From positions 1 through 56,247 of IMG/VR virus record IMGVR_UViG_3300012349_000002: a DNA stretch of 56,247 nt, one strand, 5' to 3'. This document shows, in pieces, positions 17,204-26,375 of this stretch. Numbering within the stretch: the first letter of the stretch is position 1; every line of letters begins with the position of its first letter. The translations under genes and the position numbers were made by a program. The DNA is from a virus (taxonomy: Duplodnaviria > Caudoviricetes). Under the pieces are notes generated by a model that was not told where the DNA came from, did not search any database, and saw only the letters and a list, made by a program, of their open reading frames with translations.

Positions 17204-20200
17204 TTACGAAGCGAGCAATTTTGCCGCTGCGTCAATAAGATTTGGAGCCTGTGTAGCGTCATCGCAATCATGACTATAAATCTCGATGAAGTGCGCCCCG
17301 GCATTGATTCCCCTGTCGTTTGTTTCTTTCATGCTCACCAAATCGCCCCCTTGCCTGTTCAGATGCTGATAGCCAACAAGGGACGTTGGCGAAAGCGCTG
17401 TGACTTCTAATATACCAATGGAACCATCGGGCGGCTCATGGGGGTTTAATCCATCTGATTTAATCGCAAAATGGTTTCCCGGATAATTAGCCGCACCGTA
17501 ATCGCAAGCCGCCTGCAACGCGGCCGCACCAGCATCGGTCGTGTAAGGCGCACCAGTGTGAAGAATGAATGGCGTATGCGGACAGTACAAACCGTATCGG
17601 TCGATCACCCATTTCGTTCCGGTCAGCCAAGCATTCAAACCTGCTGTTAACCCGCCACCGGCGCTGAATCCCTGCGAGACAGCTAAGGCGTCTAAATCTG
17701 TTTGATCTTGCGCGGTCGTCACGAAGAAGGATTCCGCGCGCCGCCCTGGGCCGCCCGTAGCGTAGTAAACAATGTTCCTATCACTGCCGTAGCGTGCAAA
17801 AAAGACGTTCAGGAAAGCATCCCATTTCGATTGCCAAACCGGGTCCCATGGAAGTCCAAGCTTGTTCCTGTATTGCACTGCTCCGCCAGTTGACATCATA
17901 CCGCTGCCGCCAGAACAGCCTGTGAACGTTGTGCTTGTTATGCCTGTGTAAGTAACGATCTGTTCGCCGAGCGAGGTCGTGACATAAATTGTTCCACTTG
18001 GAGCCGGGAATTTGTTCGTGTCGAGCACGGTAATTGTCGTCTGCGGCAGCGATAGACCGTTCATGCTGGAGGCCAAAGTTGTATCTTGAAGAGAAACGTT
18101 GAAGTAGCTCGCGCCAGCGTCGTACACCCACGATGGAGTTGTTATTCCTGCCGTGACCAAGAGTGAAATCTTTTTCTTGTAGGTCTGTCCGAGCGCCACG
18201 GACTGATCGAAAAAGTCCCAATAAAAATCGCTCGCATTAGCGTGTTCATGCGGTTCGATCCTTTCCCAGGATGATCGGATAGCTACGCCTTGGATCAGTG
18301 GATGTGTCCATTCCGGGTCGCCAGTGAAATCATGGATTGGATCGCCAGCTTGATCGCTATTGGTTAGATACATGATGCCGAGTCCAAGACCGGATGCGAC
18401 ATCTCCGAAGGTTGCTGTATCGGTTCCGGTGCGTGATCTCTTGGGAACGCGGGTTGCCACTTCCGAGATTGTTGGATGATCCGTTACCGAACGTCGCGCT
18501 TGGGTATGACGAATGGCTGACTCTGTGGCGTGTGCCGCGTCTGAGACTGTCCGGCGTCTCGCTATGCTGCGAGTAGCCGTATCCGTTGCCGTTACTGATC
18601 CTACGACGTTTCGGGCGAGTCCCGTGGTGCGAACCGCTGCTGCGTTATCTGTCGCCGAGATCACGTCGGATGCATGCACAACGACCGTATTCGTAAAGAC
18701 CACCGCCGCGTCGTTGATGGTGCCAGTACTATCATCGGAAGTCCGCGAGAAAACTCCCGAGCGCGCGGCGGCATCAGCCCGTGAAATCGAGTCACTCGTT
18801 GCCCGTCGATTGGTAGCAACGCGATTAAGTGAATCCGTTGCGGTTGCGTGATCGGTTATTGAGCGACCGGATTGAATGACCCGTCTCCCTGAATCTGCGG
18901 CATGAACGCTTTGGGTGATGCTGCGGACAAGCGCCAGAACGCGAACAACTAGGTCGCTCGACGTGATTATATCAGCAACGTTGCGGGTAACAATGTTCAC
19001 GAACGCTATCGCAGAATCGAGGAAACCACCGGAATCCGAAATGTTCCGTGACAACTGAGCCGCTCGGGTAGCGGCATCTGTCGCCGTCGCCGCCTGAGTT
19101 GCCTGACGCGCGTTGATGGCCGCCCTAGCCGCCGAGTCTGACAGCCCAACTGAGTCACTCACTTTCGTGGCTCGCCCATAAACAGCGGCGCCGTCCGTAG
19201 AGATCGAGTCACTCGCATCGCGCAAGATGTTGGAGGGTGCTTCCAAGGAAGCAGCATCCTCCAGCGCGACTGCATCAGTCGAGTCCCTCGCTATATCAAC
19301 GAAGCGATCCGTCGAATCCGATACGGCGAATGCATCCGCTGTCATTGATTCACCGGGACCGACTACCACGTGCTGGCATTCGGGCGCGAAACTCGGCATG
19401 AACGTGATCTTCAACGTCTTAGGAGTCGGCGTGACCACGCAACTCAACGTCGCTGGCGTCACGTCGGCCACGGTGGCAGCGATGGTTTCTGGTGGGACAA
19501 CGGTGGCCGAAAGCGTTTTTGGCTCTACATTTACGTAGCAACTCAGGGTTTTCCGATAAAATAGGTTCAGGAAAACCTTAATGATGGTTATCCAAATCCG
19601 GCGTGCACAATCAGCTAACGTCATAGAGTCAGTTGTTCCACGTAGAAACACTCCAGCGCGAATGGCGACATCGACTTCAGTCGTTACGTCGTCTATTGAC
19701 CGGAGCAGATCAGCGATCCGGGTAGCGGTCTCTGATATTGTGACTGAATCTATGGTTGTCCTGAGCCTGCCAATCCCACGCACAGCCACGTCCGTCGCCG
19801 TGCTTTCATCGGTTCCGTCTCTGAGCAATGAGGCAATCGTAGTCGCAACGTCTGCAGCGGTTTGCGAATCAGTTATCGACCGGAGCAAAACTGCCAGTCG
19901 CGTAGCTGCATCTGAGAACGTCGGGGAATCTGTTGTTGAACGATTTACGCCTACGGAACGCTCAGCATCTTCTGCCGCCGTGCCAGTATCCGATGTGGAA
20001 CGGAACAGCCCAAGAATCCGGGTCGCAGCGTCCGCAATCGTTTGAACGTCTGTTATTGAACGGAAAAGTGCGACAAGGCGCGTTGTCGCATCGGATAAGG
20101 TCGAAGAATCCGTTGACGATCTTCCCGCATCAAGCCTCTTTGTACCGGCATCAGCAGCCGCGCCAGAATCAGTCACGGTTCGGAATAGCGTTACGATGCG

Positions 20201-21292
20201 CGTGGCGACATCGCTGGACATCACAGCGTCCACCGCAGCCCTGAGCAGCGCACCGCCGCTGGAAACGGCATCTGCCAGATCGGCAAAACTACTGGCGTCA
20301 TTTATGGCCCTAAAGAGATCAAGGACACGAGCTACGACATCAGAGAAGGTTGCGCCGTCGCTAGTTGATCGGGAACCTGTGAATTGGCGGGCTGAGGTTT
20401 CTTCAGCAGTTGAAGAGTCATCGGTTGATCTGTCGCCCGCGAACCCACGTGAAGTCGAATCGGTCTCGGTTGTCGCGTCGCTAATGGAGCGTGTTCCCGT
20501 AAACAGGCGCGACACGGAATCGCTTTCAGACGCGGCATCGCTTACCGATCTAAGAGAGTTGAGAATTCGAGCTGCACTTTCGCTGGTAGTTTCTGAATCG
20601 GTTATGCTTCTCGCACCTGCGAATATTCTGACTACAGCTTCGGCAAAATCTGCGCTGTCGCTAGCGCTCCGAAGTTTTGCGGTAATCTCTGAGACAACAT
20701 CGTCAAATGTTCCAGTATCAGTGACATTACGCAGCAAGACGGCGATCCGTGTCGCTACATCCGCGAACGTGGAGGAATCGCTGATTGCCCGGAGATAAGC
20801 AGTGATTCTCGTGGCGACATCTGATGCTGATGCCGAATCACTTGCTGTGCGTCCAAGAACAACCAAGCGAACCGCAGCGTCCGTGAAGCTTTCCGAATCG
20901 CTGACTGACCTTAAGCCAGAAAATAACCGCGTACCAGCATCAGCATCTGTTGCAGCATCCGCGACACTCCGGCTTCCCGCGAACAGTCGAGTCACCGCGT
21001 CTGCATCGGTGGCGGAATCAGTCACCGTTCTTAGTGCGACTAGAAGGCGCGCAACGGAATCCGCGTCTATAGCCGAATCGCTGGTTGCTCGCAGTCCGAC
21101 AAAGACTCGGTTGGCAGAAGAATCCAAATTCGTAGCCGAATCAGAAGGCGCACGCAAATTCGTAACGACGCGCGAAGCCGAATCGCCAGCCGTAAACGCG
21201 TCCACAGGATAGCCGAGCTTCAACGGCGGGATGACTACTCTGGGCTGCGGTACTCCCGTTATCGACGATCGCGTTGGATACGTCGTTATCAT
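17204..21292 (-). CDS. 1362-aa fibre protein: 20-aa repeats plus C-terminal glycoside hydrolase domain
   Basis: R-x3-D-x5-D-x3-R units with 20-aa period; C-terminal about 390 aa paralogous to 15730..16899. Confidence 0.75.
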   Translation of the reverse strand: MITTYPTRSSITGVPQPRVVIPPLKLGYPVDAFTAGDSASRVVTNLRAPSDSATNLDSSANRVFVGLRATSDSAIDADSVARLLVALRTVTDSATDADAVTRLFAGSRSVADAATDADAGTRLFSGLRSVSDSESFTDAAVRLVVLGRTASDSASASDVATRITAYLRAISDSSTFADVATRIAVLLRNVTDTGTFDDVVSEITAKLRSASDSADFAEAVVRIFAGARSITDSETTSESAARILNSLRSVSDAASESDSVSRLFTGTRSISDATTETDSTSRGFAGDRSTDDSSTAEETSARQFTGSRSTSDGATFSDVVARVLDLFRAINDASSFADLADAVSSGGALLRAAVDAVMSSDVATRIVTLFRTVTDSGAAADAGTKRLDAGRSSTDSSTLSDATTRLVALFRSITDVQTIADAATRILGLFRSTSDTGTAAEDAERSVGVNRSTTDSPTFSDAATRLAVLLRSITDSQTAADVATTIASLLRDGTDESTATDVAVRGIGRLRTTIDSVTISETATRIADLLRSIDDVTTEVDVAIRAGVFLRGTTDSMTLADCARRIWITIIKVFLNLFYRKTLSCYVNVEPKTLSATVVPPETIAATVADVTPATLSCVVTPTPKTLKITFMPSFAPECQHVVVGPGESMTADAFAVSDSTDRFVDIARDSTDAVALEDAASLEAPSNILRDASDSISTDGAAVYGRATKVSDSVGLSDSAARAAINARQATQAATATDAATRAAQLSRNISDSGGFLDSAIAFVNIVTRNVADIITSSDLVVRVLALVRSITQSVHAADSGRRVIQSGRSITDHATATDSLNRVATNRRATSDSISRADAAARSGVFSRTSDDSTGTINDAAVVFTNTVVVHASDVISATDNAAAVRTTGLARNVVGSVTATDTATRSIARRRTVSDAAHATESAIRHTQARRSVTDHPTISEVATRVPKRSRTGTDTATFGDVASGLGLGIMYLTNSDQAGDPIHDFTGDPEWTHPLIQGVAIRSSWERIEPHEHANASDFYWDFFDQSVALGQTYKKKISLLVTAGITTPSWVYDAGASYFNVSLQDTTLASSMNGLSLPQTTITVLDTNKFPAPSGTIYVTTSLGEQIVTYTGITSTTFTGCSGGSGMMSTGGAVQYRNKLGLPWDPVWQSKWDAFLNVFFARYGSDRNIVYYATGGPGRRAESFFVTTAQDQTDLDALAVSQGFSAGGGLTAGLNAWLTGTKWVIDRYGLYCPHTPFILHTGAPYTTDAGAAALQAACDYGAANYPGNHFAIKSDGLNPHEPPDGSIGILEVTALSPTSLVGYQHLNRQGGDLVSMKETNDRGINAGAHFIEIYSHDCDDATQAPNLIDAAAKLLAS

Positions 21293-22956
21293 TGCTCGTA
21301 GGGAGCTAGTAGAGGTTGCTGGTTTATGTCTGGAAGCGTAACGGTAGGCGCAACGTAAGCGTAAATCACCAGCATACGGCCAGCAGCCACAACGCCGGTC
21401 GTATCAAGAACCCACGTATCAAGTTCATGCGCTGTCGTAAGTGTTCCGAGGGAGCCTGAGACTTGTTGATTCGCTCCAGTAATAGTGGAACTGCTAATGT
21501 CCGCAGCGGCAGTAATGTCCCTTAGCTTGATGGAATTACTGGCGTTATCCGAATCCATCGCGTGTTTGTAAGTAATAGTACCGCTTCCAGCATTCCATTC
21601 GGACGAATTCCAAATAGTCTGCTGGGTTTGCAATCCAGTGCCTATATCAGGCTGATTTTCCATCAAGAATTGCGGTTCGCAATTGGCGAGAGGGGACAGT
21701 GGCGTAGGCACCATTTGAAAGGCTAAATCATCCGTAGCCGACTCCGAAGTCCACGTTCCGCTATTGTTCTTGTACCCTCCCCCATTGCTAAGCACAGAGC
21801 TACTTGTTCCAATCCAGATATAATAATTATTGGTATCATTGGCTCCCGATCGCGTTAAACGAAGATAATACTTTGTTCCGCTAGTAATAGAAAATGAACT
21901 GAATGCAAAAGATAGCCAAGTATTCTGGAGAGTCGATAACCCGCTACCGGAGGTTGCACTTGAAGTCGCTATCACGGTACCCGTAATTGATCCCGTAAGA
22001 ACCTCGAGAGTAAGATTATCCGAAGGGGAACCTACTTTCACCATACTTAATAAAATAGACGCGCAACTATAGGATACACCTGCTGTAAATGATTGTCCGG
22101 TAGCCTGATTGGTAGCCGTACCTCCCTGTACAGTTCCTAATGTTGCTGTATTGGGGGCCACCAATTGTGAATCTGTGAAACCCTGATCGACAATGATCTT
22201 GGCGTTGGCGATCGCGTAACTGGATTTCGAGGTAGAGCTAACTGCTGAAATCTGATAATGTCTCCCAGTGGTAGGCGTAAAACCGAATGGCACGCGCGTT
22301 AAAGTGGTCCCCGTCGAACTGGTTCCGGCGCTTACAATAGTTACCTTGTCCGTCCACGACGCGAATGAACCGTTATCCTCCTGTAACGTGATCGTCGTGG
22401 TGTTCTTAGCACTCGTTTTCCAGACTGCTTCCACTGAAAAATATACCGCCCCTGTCCAATTCGCAGAAGTGTAAAGCCAGTATTTAGGATTAGTAACAGC
22501 CGCTGCTACCGTATTCGTTTTTGTGCCCGAATCTCCAGCAATTTCAATCTGCGTTTGAGTCTGAGTAATCGCTAGTTCGCTCTGTAGAACTATGATCCTA
22601 GCAGCGACAACTTTCTTCGTTGCTCCGGCGGTTGCGTCAATGAAAACCGTGTACTGCGTTTGACCCGACGGAGGACTAAACGATGCTGATCGAATTCGTG
22701 TAAACGCTGTCGTTAAGAGAGGAATCGTGCAGGTAGCATCATCAGTTGATGTTCCCGCCCTGCGCAGCGTTACGGTAAACGTTATGCTAACGGTTGAGTC
22801 CGCTACGATCTCGAAGTAATAGGTCGGCGCGGTTGAACTAGAATAGGCGTTCGTATCAAGCGTGACGGTTTCATTGGAGGTAGCTGACGCGCCGCCTGCC
22901 GCCGCCATACTATGGGTCATTATATTGATTTCTTGCCGAATCGCTTGATTAGCCAT
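21289..22956 (-). CDS. Ser/Thr-rich beta-sandwich virion protein (possible glycan binding)
   Basis: GQSFT...W..F.F.....SGTKYYL pattern; position in the fibre cassette. Confidence 0.55.
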   Translation of the reverse strand: MANQAIRQEINIMTHSMAAAGGASATSNETVTLDTNAYSSSTAPTYYFEIVADSTVSITFTVTLRRAGTSTDDATCTIPLLTTAFTRIRSASFSPPSGQTQYTVFIDATAGATKKVVAARIIVLQSELAITQTQTQIEIAGDSGTKTNTVAAAVTNPKYWLYTSANWTGAVYFSVEAVWKTSAKNTTTITLQEDNGSFASWTDKVTIVSAGTSSTGTTLTRVPFGFTPTTGRHYQISAVSSTSKSSYAIANAKIIVDQGFTDSQLVAPNTATLGTVQGGTATNQATGQSFTAGVSYSCASILLSMVKVGSPSDNLTLEVLTGSITGTVIATSSATSGSGLSTLQNTWLSFAFSSFSITSGTKYYLRLTRSGANDTNNYYIWIGTSSSVLSNGGGYKNNSGTWTSESATDDLAFQMVPTPLSPLANCEPQFLMENQPDIGTGLQTQQTIWNSSEWNAGSGTITYKHAMDSDNASNSIKLRDITAAADISSSTITGANQQVSGSLGTLTTAHELDTWVLDTTGVVAAGRMLVIYAYVAPTVTLPDINQQPLLAPYEQ

Positions 22957-23065
22957 AATCTATAGTTGACGCGCGAATGACAGTTCGCGTGGCGGAGGAG
23001 CGTGGCTGCGCGATATATTCTGGATCGCGGGATAATTCCGGTTGCAAAATCCAGCCCGCTCCATT

Positions 23066-24148
23066 TTATCCATCCGGTTCCTTTAGATGATGAATTGGAT
23101 CGACGCACCAATATTCAACACAGGTGTACTTGTTCTGCTCCAAAAACCATCGCCAGAAATGCGAGTCCACACCCTGATTTATGAAATCGCCTGCTGTTTC
23201 AAATTCAAACGCTTCGATCAATCTCCGGCTCCAAACCGAGCAACCGAGTCCTGAACAACACGGGACGATCTCCCCCCTTGCGGGATACGTGTGCGCGATC
23301 CAATCGCAATCTTTTCCGTAGCGTAACAATGCTTTCAACATGGTCGGTTCGATTATCACGTCGATCTCGACGTTGAACCACCATTTGTAATTATCGGCGA
23401 GAAACTTCTTTCGAACCACTTCCATTGACCGCGCCATGCGCTGTGCGGCATCTAGTCCAACGGAACTACTGATGTCCGTTGTATCGACGTGCGCCATCGG
23501 CATTTTATCTTTCCAGCGATTGTAACAATCTTCGGTCGCCGAATTGTCCACAACGAAAATGTCGAAGTTCGGATAATCAATCTTCCGCACCGCGTCGATC
23601 CATGCCTGATGCGCATATTCCTTCATCTCATAAGTCGGGCAACTTACGAGCACCTTTGGCGCGGCGAGTTGTTCGTTCCACCATTCAATCGACTTCCACG
23701 TCACGAAGTCCTCTCGGAAATCAGTGCCGCTATGGTCGATTTGATGTAGCTGCTTTGATCCTACGCGCCAAATCTCGTCGCGACCTTTCGGGACATCTGC
23801 CTCTGACACGTATTCCCAGAGACCATTTGAGGATACCACATCGAACCGTTCGTCTTTGAACGGGAGATCGGTTACGCTCGCGTTCAGGACGTAGCCCTGA
23901 GCGCAGGTGTTGGCTATTGCGTAGTCGCTGGAGTCAACGCCCCAAGCGTCGCAGCCTTTTTCTCGGAGCCGTTTGACGAGGTATCCGCATCCGGTGCCAA
24001 TGTCCAATACCGATGAGCCTGCCCCGGACTCAGTAATAAGCCGATTAGCCCAGTATTCGCAATAGTCGTGACGGTGCACGCCACCGCAATCGCCCCAGAC
24101 TTCATCGTAGTACTCGCGGGTAAAAACCACATCATTCGTTCCAATCAC
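23066..24148 (-). CDS. SAM methyltransferase fused to a GT2-like glycosyltransferase
   Basis: VLDIGTGCG SAM motif; VLVSCPTY, FVVDNS, VEIDVII GT-A motifs. Confidence 0.8.
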   Translation of the reverse strand: MIGTNDVVFTREYYDEVWGDCGGVHRHDYCEYWANRLITESGAGSSVLDIGTGCGYLVKRLREKGCDAWGVDSSDYAIANTCAQGYVLNASVTDLPFKDERFDVVSSNGLWEYVSEADVPKGRDEIWRVGSKQLHQIDHSGTDFREDFVTWKSIEWWNEQLAAPKVLVSCPTYEMKEYAHQAWIDAVRKIDYPNFDIFVVDNSATEDCYNRWKDKMPMAHVDTTDISSSVGLDAAQRMARSMEVVRKKFLADNYKWWFNVEIDVIIEPTMLKALLRYGKDCDWIAHTYPARGEIVPCCSGLGCSVWSRRLIEAFEFETAGDFINQGVDSHFWRWFLEQNKYTCVEYWCVDPIHHLKEPDG

Positions 24149-24582
24149 TCATTCCAGTCAAAATAATATGTGAGTATCTGTCCCGTGCCTGAAGGACAAA
24201 TGACGCCGACACCGTTAGCCGTGCCGATGTTGATGCAAAAGCCTTCCTCGCCGAACGTCCAAATCACTCCAGAGCCAACTACAGCTCCAAGTTCCGCATA
24301 TCGTATTGGTGAGCCAACTGCTCCATCCGCCGTGTGTCCAGCAAATCCTGTAGCTAGCGGAACAGGATCGTGCTCGGCATCCCATTGCACTTCGGTAAGA
24401 CCCGCGCCGACGCCTGTCGCGTTGGTGAATCGAACTAGGGAGACATAAACGGCAGTTGAAGTCGTATTCCAAACCCCGCACTCGCGTAGGCGAAAACCCT
24501 TAGTGGAACTGGAAAATACGGATGCGACTGCTCTCAGGGAAGTCCCCGCTACTGTAGACAGACCTGCGACTGAGCAGCGCAT
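24145..24582 (-). CDS. Small beta-rich virion protein
   Basis: Gly/Thr/Val-rich beta pattern ending YYFDWNE; structural cassette. Confidence 0.5.
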   Translation of the reverse strand: MRCSVAGLSTVAGTSLRAVASVFSSSTKGFRLRECGVWNTTSTAVYVSLVRFTNATGVGAGLTEVQWDAEHDPVPLATGFAGHTADGAVGSPIRYAELGAVVGSGVIWTFGEEGFCINIGTANGVGVICPSGTGQILTYYFDWNE

Positions 24583-24583
24583 G

Positions 24584-25090
24584 TTAGCTTACTCCGGCCA
24601 AGTGTTTCCTTAATGCCCATGATTCCCGTAATGATTTAGAGCGTTTTGCTGATGTCAGCATTGGATCAGCATGGAACCTTTCACTTGGGGCTCGTCGATT
24701 GTATATTCGATTGCCCACGTGCTCGGAGTTTTCGAATCGTTTGATCTGATTACAGTTCGCGCAAAGAAGAGCATAGAGATTGCGATTTTCTAGTATCTTC
24801 CTGCGAAAGGATGCCATGTGGGAACTTCCATATTCCCGTCGCTCCGAAGCGCCGTTTCCGTTTACGTGATCGATTTGCAGTGCTCGCCAATCCTCAGAGT
24901 ATCTGCACTGAATACATTTTCCTCCCAAAGCCTCGATTAGCTTCTTACGTTGGCGCTGTCTCTGTTCGGCGCAAAACTCGCGATGACACATCCAACAATA
25001 TCCGCTTAAGCCATCATCCCTAGCACGATTTCTAACAAAGTCGGAAACGGACTTCGTTGTTGAGCAGCGCGGACACCATTTTGATTGCAT
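24584..25090 (-). CDS. HNH-like homing endonuclease with N-terminal zinc finger
   Basis: KWCPRC...YCWMC; LGGKC..C...LQIDHV...LLCANCN; start reassigned to ATG 25090. Confidence 0.75.
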   Translation of the reverse strand: MQSKWCPRCSTTKSVSDFVRNRARDDGLSGYCWMCHREFCAEQRQRQRKKLIEALGGKCIQCRYSEDWRALQIDHVNGNGASERREYGSSHMASFRRKILENRNLYALLCANCNQIKRFENSEHVGNRIYNRRAPSERFHADPMLTSAKRSKSLRESWALRKHLAGVS

Positions 25091-25096
25091 GGTTCC

Positions 25097-25126
25097 AGCA
25101 TAGTTGTCTATGTCACAAACTGACAA
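25097..25126 (-). promoter_or_regulatory. Sigma-70-like promoter giving a leaderless HNH transcript
   Basis: TTGTCA-18 nt-TATGCT-6 nt-ATG. Confidence 0.5.
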
Positions 25127-25136
25127 GCAAAATCTC

Positions 25137-25955
25137 CTAACTTATTGTAACCGTTTCGGTTACGGTTAACGTGTCGCCGCTAACCACGCTCGCATCCGCG
25201 TTCAGCACGGTCTCGAACATCATGCTTCCCGCCGTGCCCGAGCCACTGTTGAAGATGCCCATCTTATGAATGGCTGGGAACGTTGCCGTAACCGCGAAAG
25301 CTTTTTGCAGCGTGAACGTGGCTGTGGCAAGCGTGTGCGCGTACGTCGCCTGCTGCCGGTTGCAGCCGCCGGTTGTAATCTCGCCAGTCAATGCCGTATC
25401 TGATGGCGAGGCCGCGCCTGAGTTTTCCGTTAGCGCCATGTAACGGGTCGGGCTTCCACCCGGCAAGATGACAAACGCACTGGTCGAAGCTGGCGTTGTT
25501 CCGATCACGGACGGTTCAGCCGGAGTCCACCATCCGTCAACCGTAGCGACGCTTGTTGTGTTTGAAATGATGTTCCCAAAAACCGGAGTTGTCGTGAGGT
25601 TAGTAATCGGGAACACAACCCGCATTCCTGCGAGTAAATTCGTCGTCCAAGGGGTCGCGGTTGCTGTAAACGTCGTTGCCGAAGAACCAGTTGCCGGTGA
25701 ACCTTGACCGCCTGTGGCAACGAGTCCGCCAATCAAAGCTGCGATCTGGTCGCGCCCACCAGCAGATGCAGTGATGAGAACATTCGTGCTGACCCCCAAA
25801 TCTTCGATGTCTCCGTTTCTCTTGACGATACAGGCGTGAACCATGTTCGGGCCGAGCGTGAGCGATTCGAGTACCTTGCGGCCACGACAGATTTGGATGG
25901 TGGCTGCATCGCGGGGATGCAAAATAACGTTTGGTTTACCAGTTTTGATGTTCAT
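25137..25955 (-). CDS. Fibre/collar-type structural subunit
   Basis: YMALT......DTALTGE....R...F......I...GIFN......M...........SGDTLTVT.TVT pattern of tail-collar/fibre-base folds. Confidence 0.6.
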   Translation of the reverse strand: MNIKTGKPNVILHPRDAATIQICRGRKVLESLTLGPNMVHACIVKRNGDIEDLGVSTNVLITASAGGRDQIAALIGGLVATGGQGSPATGSSATTFTATATPWTTNLLAGMRVVFPITNLTTTPVFGNIISNTTSVATVDGWWTPAEPSVIGTTPASTSAFVILPGGSPTRYMALTENSGAASPSDTALTGEITTGGCNRQQATYAHTLATATFTLQKAFAVTATFPAIHKMGIFNSGSGTAGSMMFETVLNADASVVSGDTLTVTETVTIS

Positions 25956-25957
25956 AA

Positions 25958-26314
25958 TTATGCTTCTGTAACTTTGTCTCGGACGATCACGTCATCTTTT
26001 ATCAGAGGTTCTGTGGTGTCCCCACTGCCATCAGCGGTTAACGTGAAATCCCAGTGATAATCGTTCTTCTTGATCGCCAATGTCGCTGCGTTTTCTATGG
26101 CCGGGATTGTCACTTGCCCTCCTGAAACGTCCGTAACCGTTGGATTAAGATCGTAGATGAGAACGCTGGAACCGGGATCATGCCTAATCTGAGCGTTTGG
26201 CGTGTATCCAGTGAGATCGAACGGGACCGTTTGTGCTTCGTCCGAATAACATTGAATAATGAATCCGGGCCAAGTGCTCCCACGAAAAATCTTGATCGTT
26301 GAATCATCAGCCAT
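25958..26314 (-). CDS. BppU/LtfC-like Ig-fold fibre adaptor
   Basis: RG.T.......P.DLTGY....QIR...G.VT...YHWD; paralog of 51393..51746. Confidence 0.6.
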   Translation of the reverse strand: MADDSTIKIFRGSTWPGFIIQCYSDEAQTVPFDLTGYTPNAQIRHDPGSSVLIYDLNPTVTDVSGGQVTIPAIENAATLAIKKNDYHWDFTLTADGSGDTTEPLIKDDVIVRDKVTEA

Positions 26315-26329
26315 GTCATTGTCGTTTTA

Positions 26330-26364
26330 AGAGCGGTAAACCGAGTTGAACAGTTTACCGCTCT
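26330..26364 (-). terminator. Hairpin downstream of the major capsid gene
   Basis: AGAGCGGTAAAC/GTTTACCGCTCT 12-bp stem just after the MCP stop; weak U tract. Confidence 0.55.
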
Positions 26365-26375
26365 CTCTCATTTAA

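Noticed and set aside
15730-18385. Diversity-generating retroelement TR/VR pair (similar DNA in the two GH domains)
   Set aside because: No reverse transcriptase; differences are synonymous-type paralog divergence, not adenine-specific
18513-21212. Long + strand ORFs opposite the fibre gene
   Set aside because: Antisense shadows of Ser/Ala/Thr/Asp repeat codons
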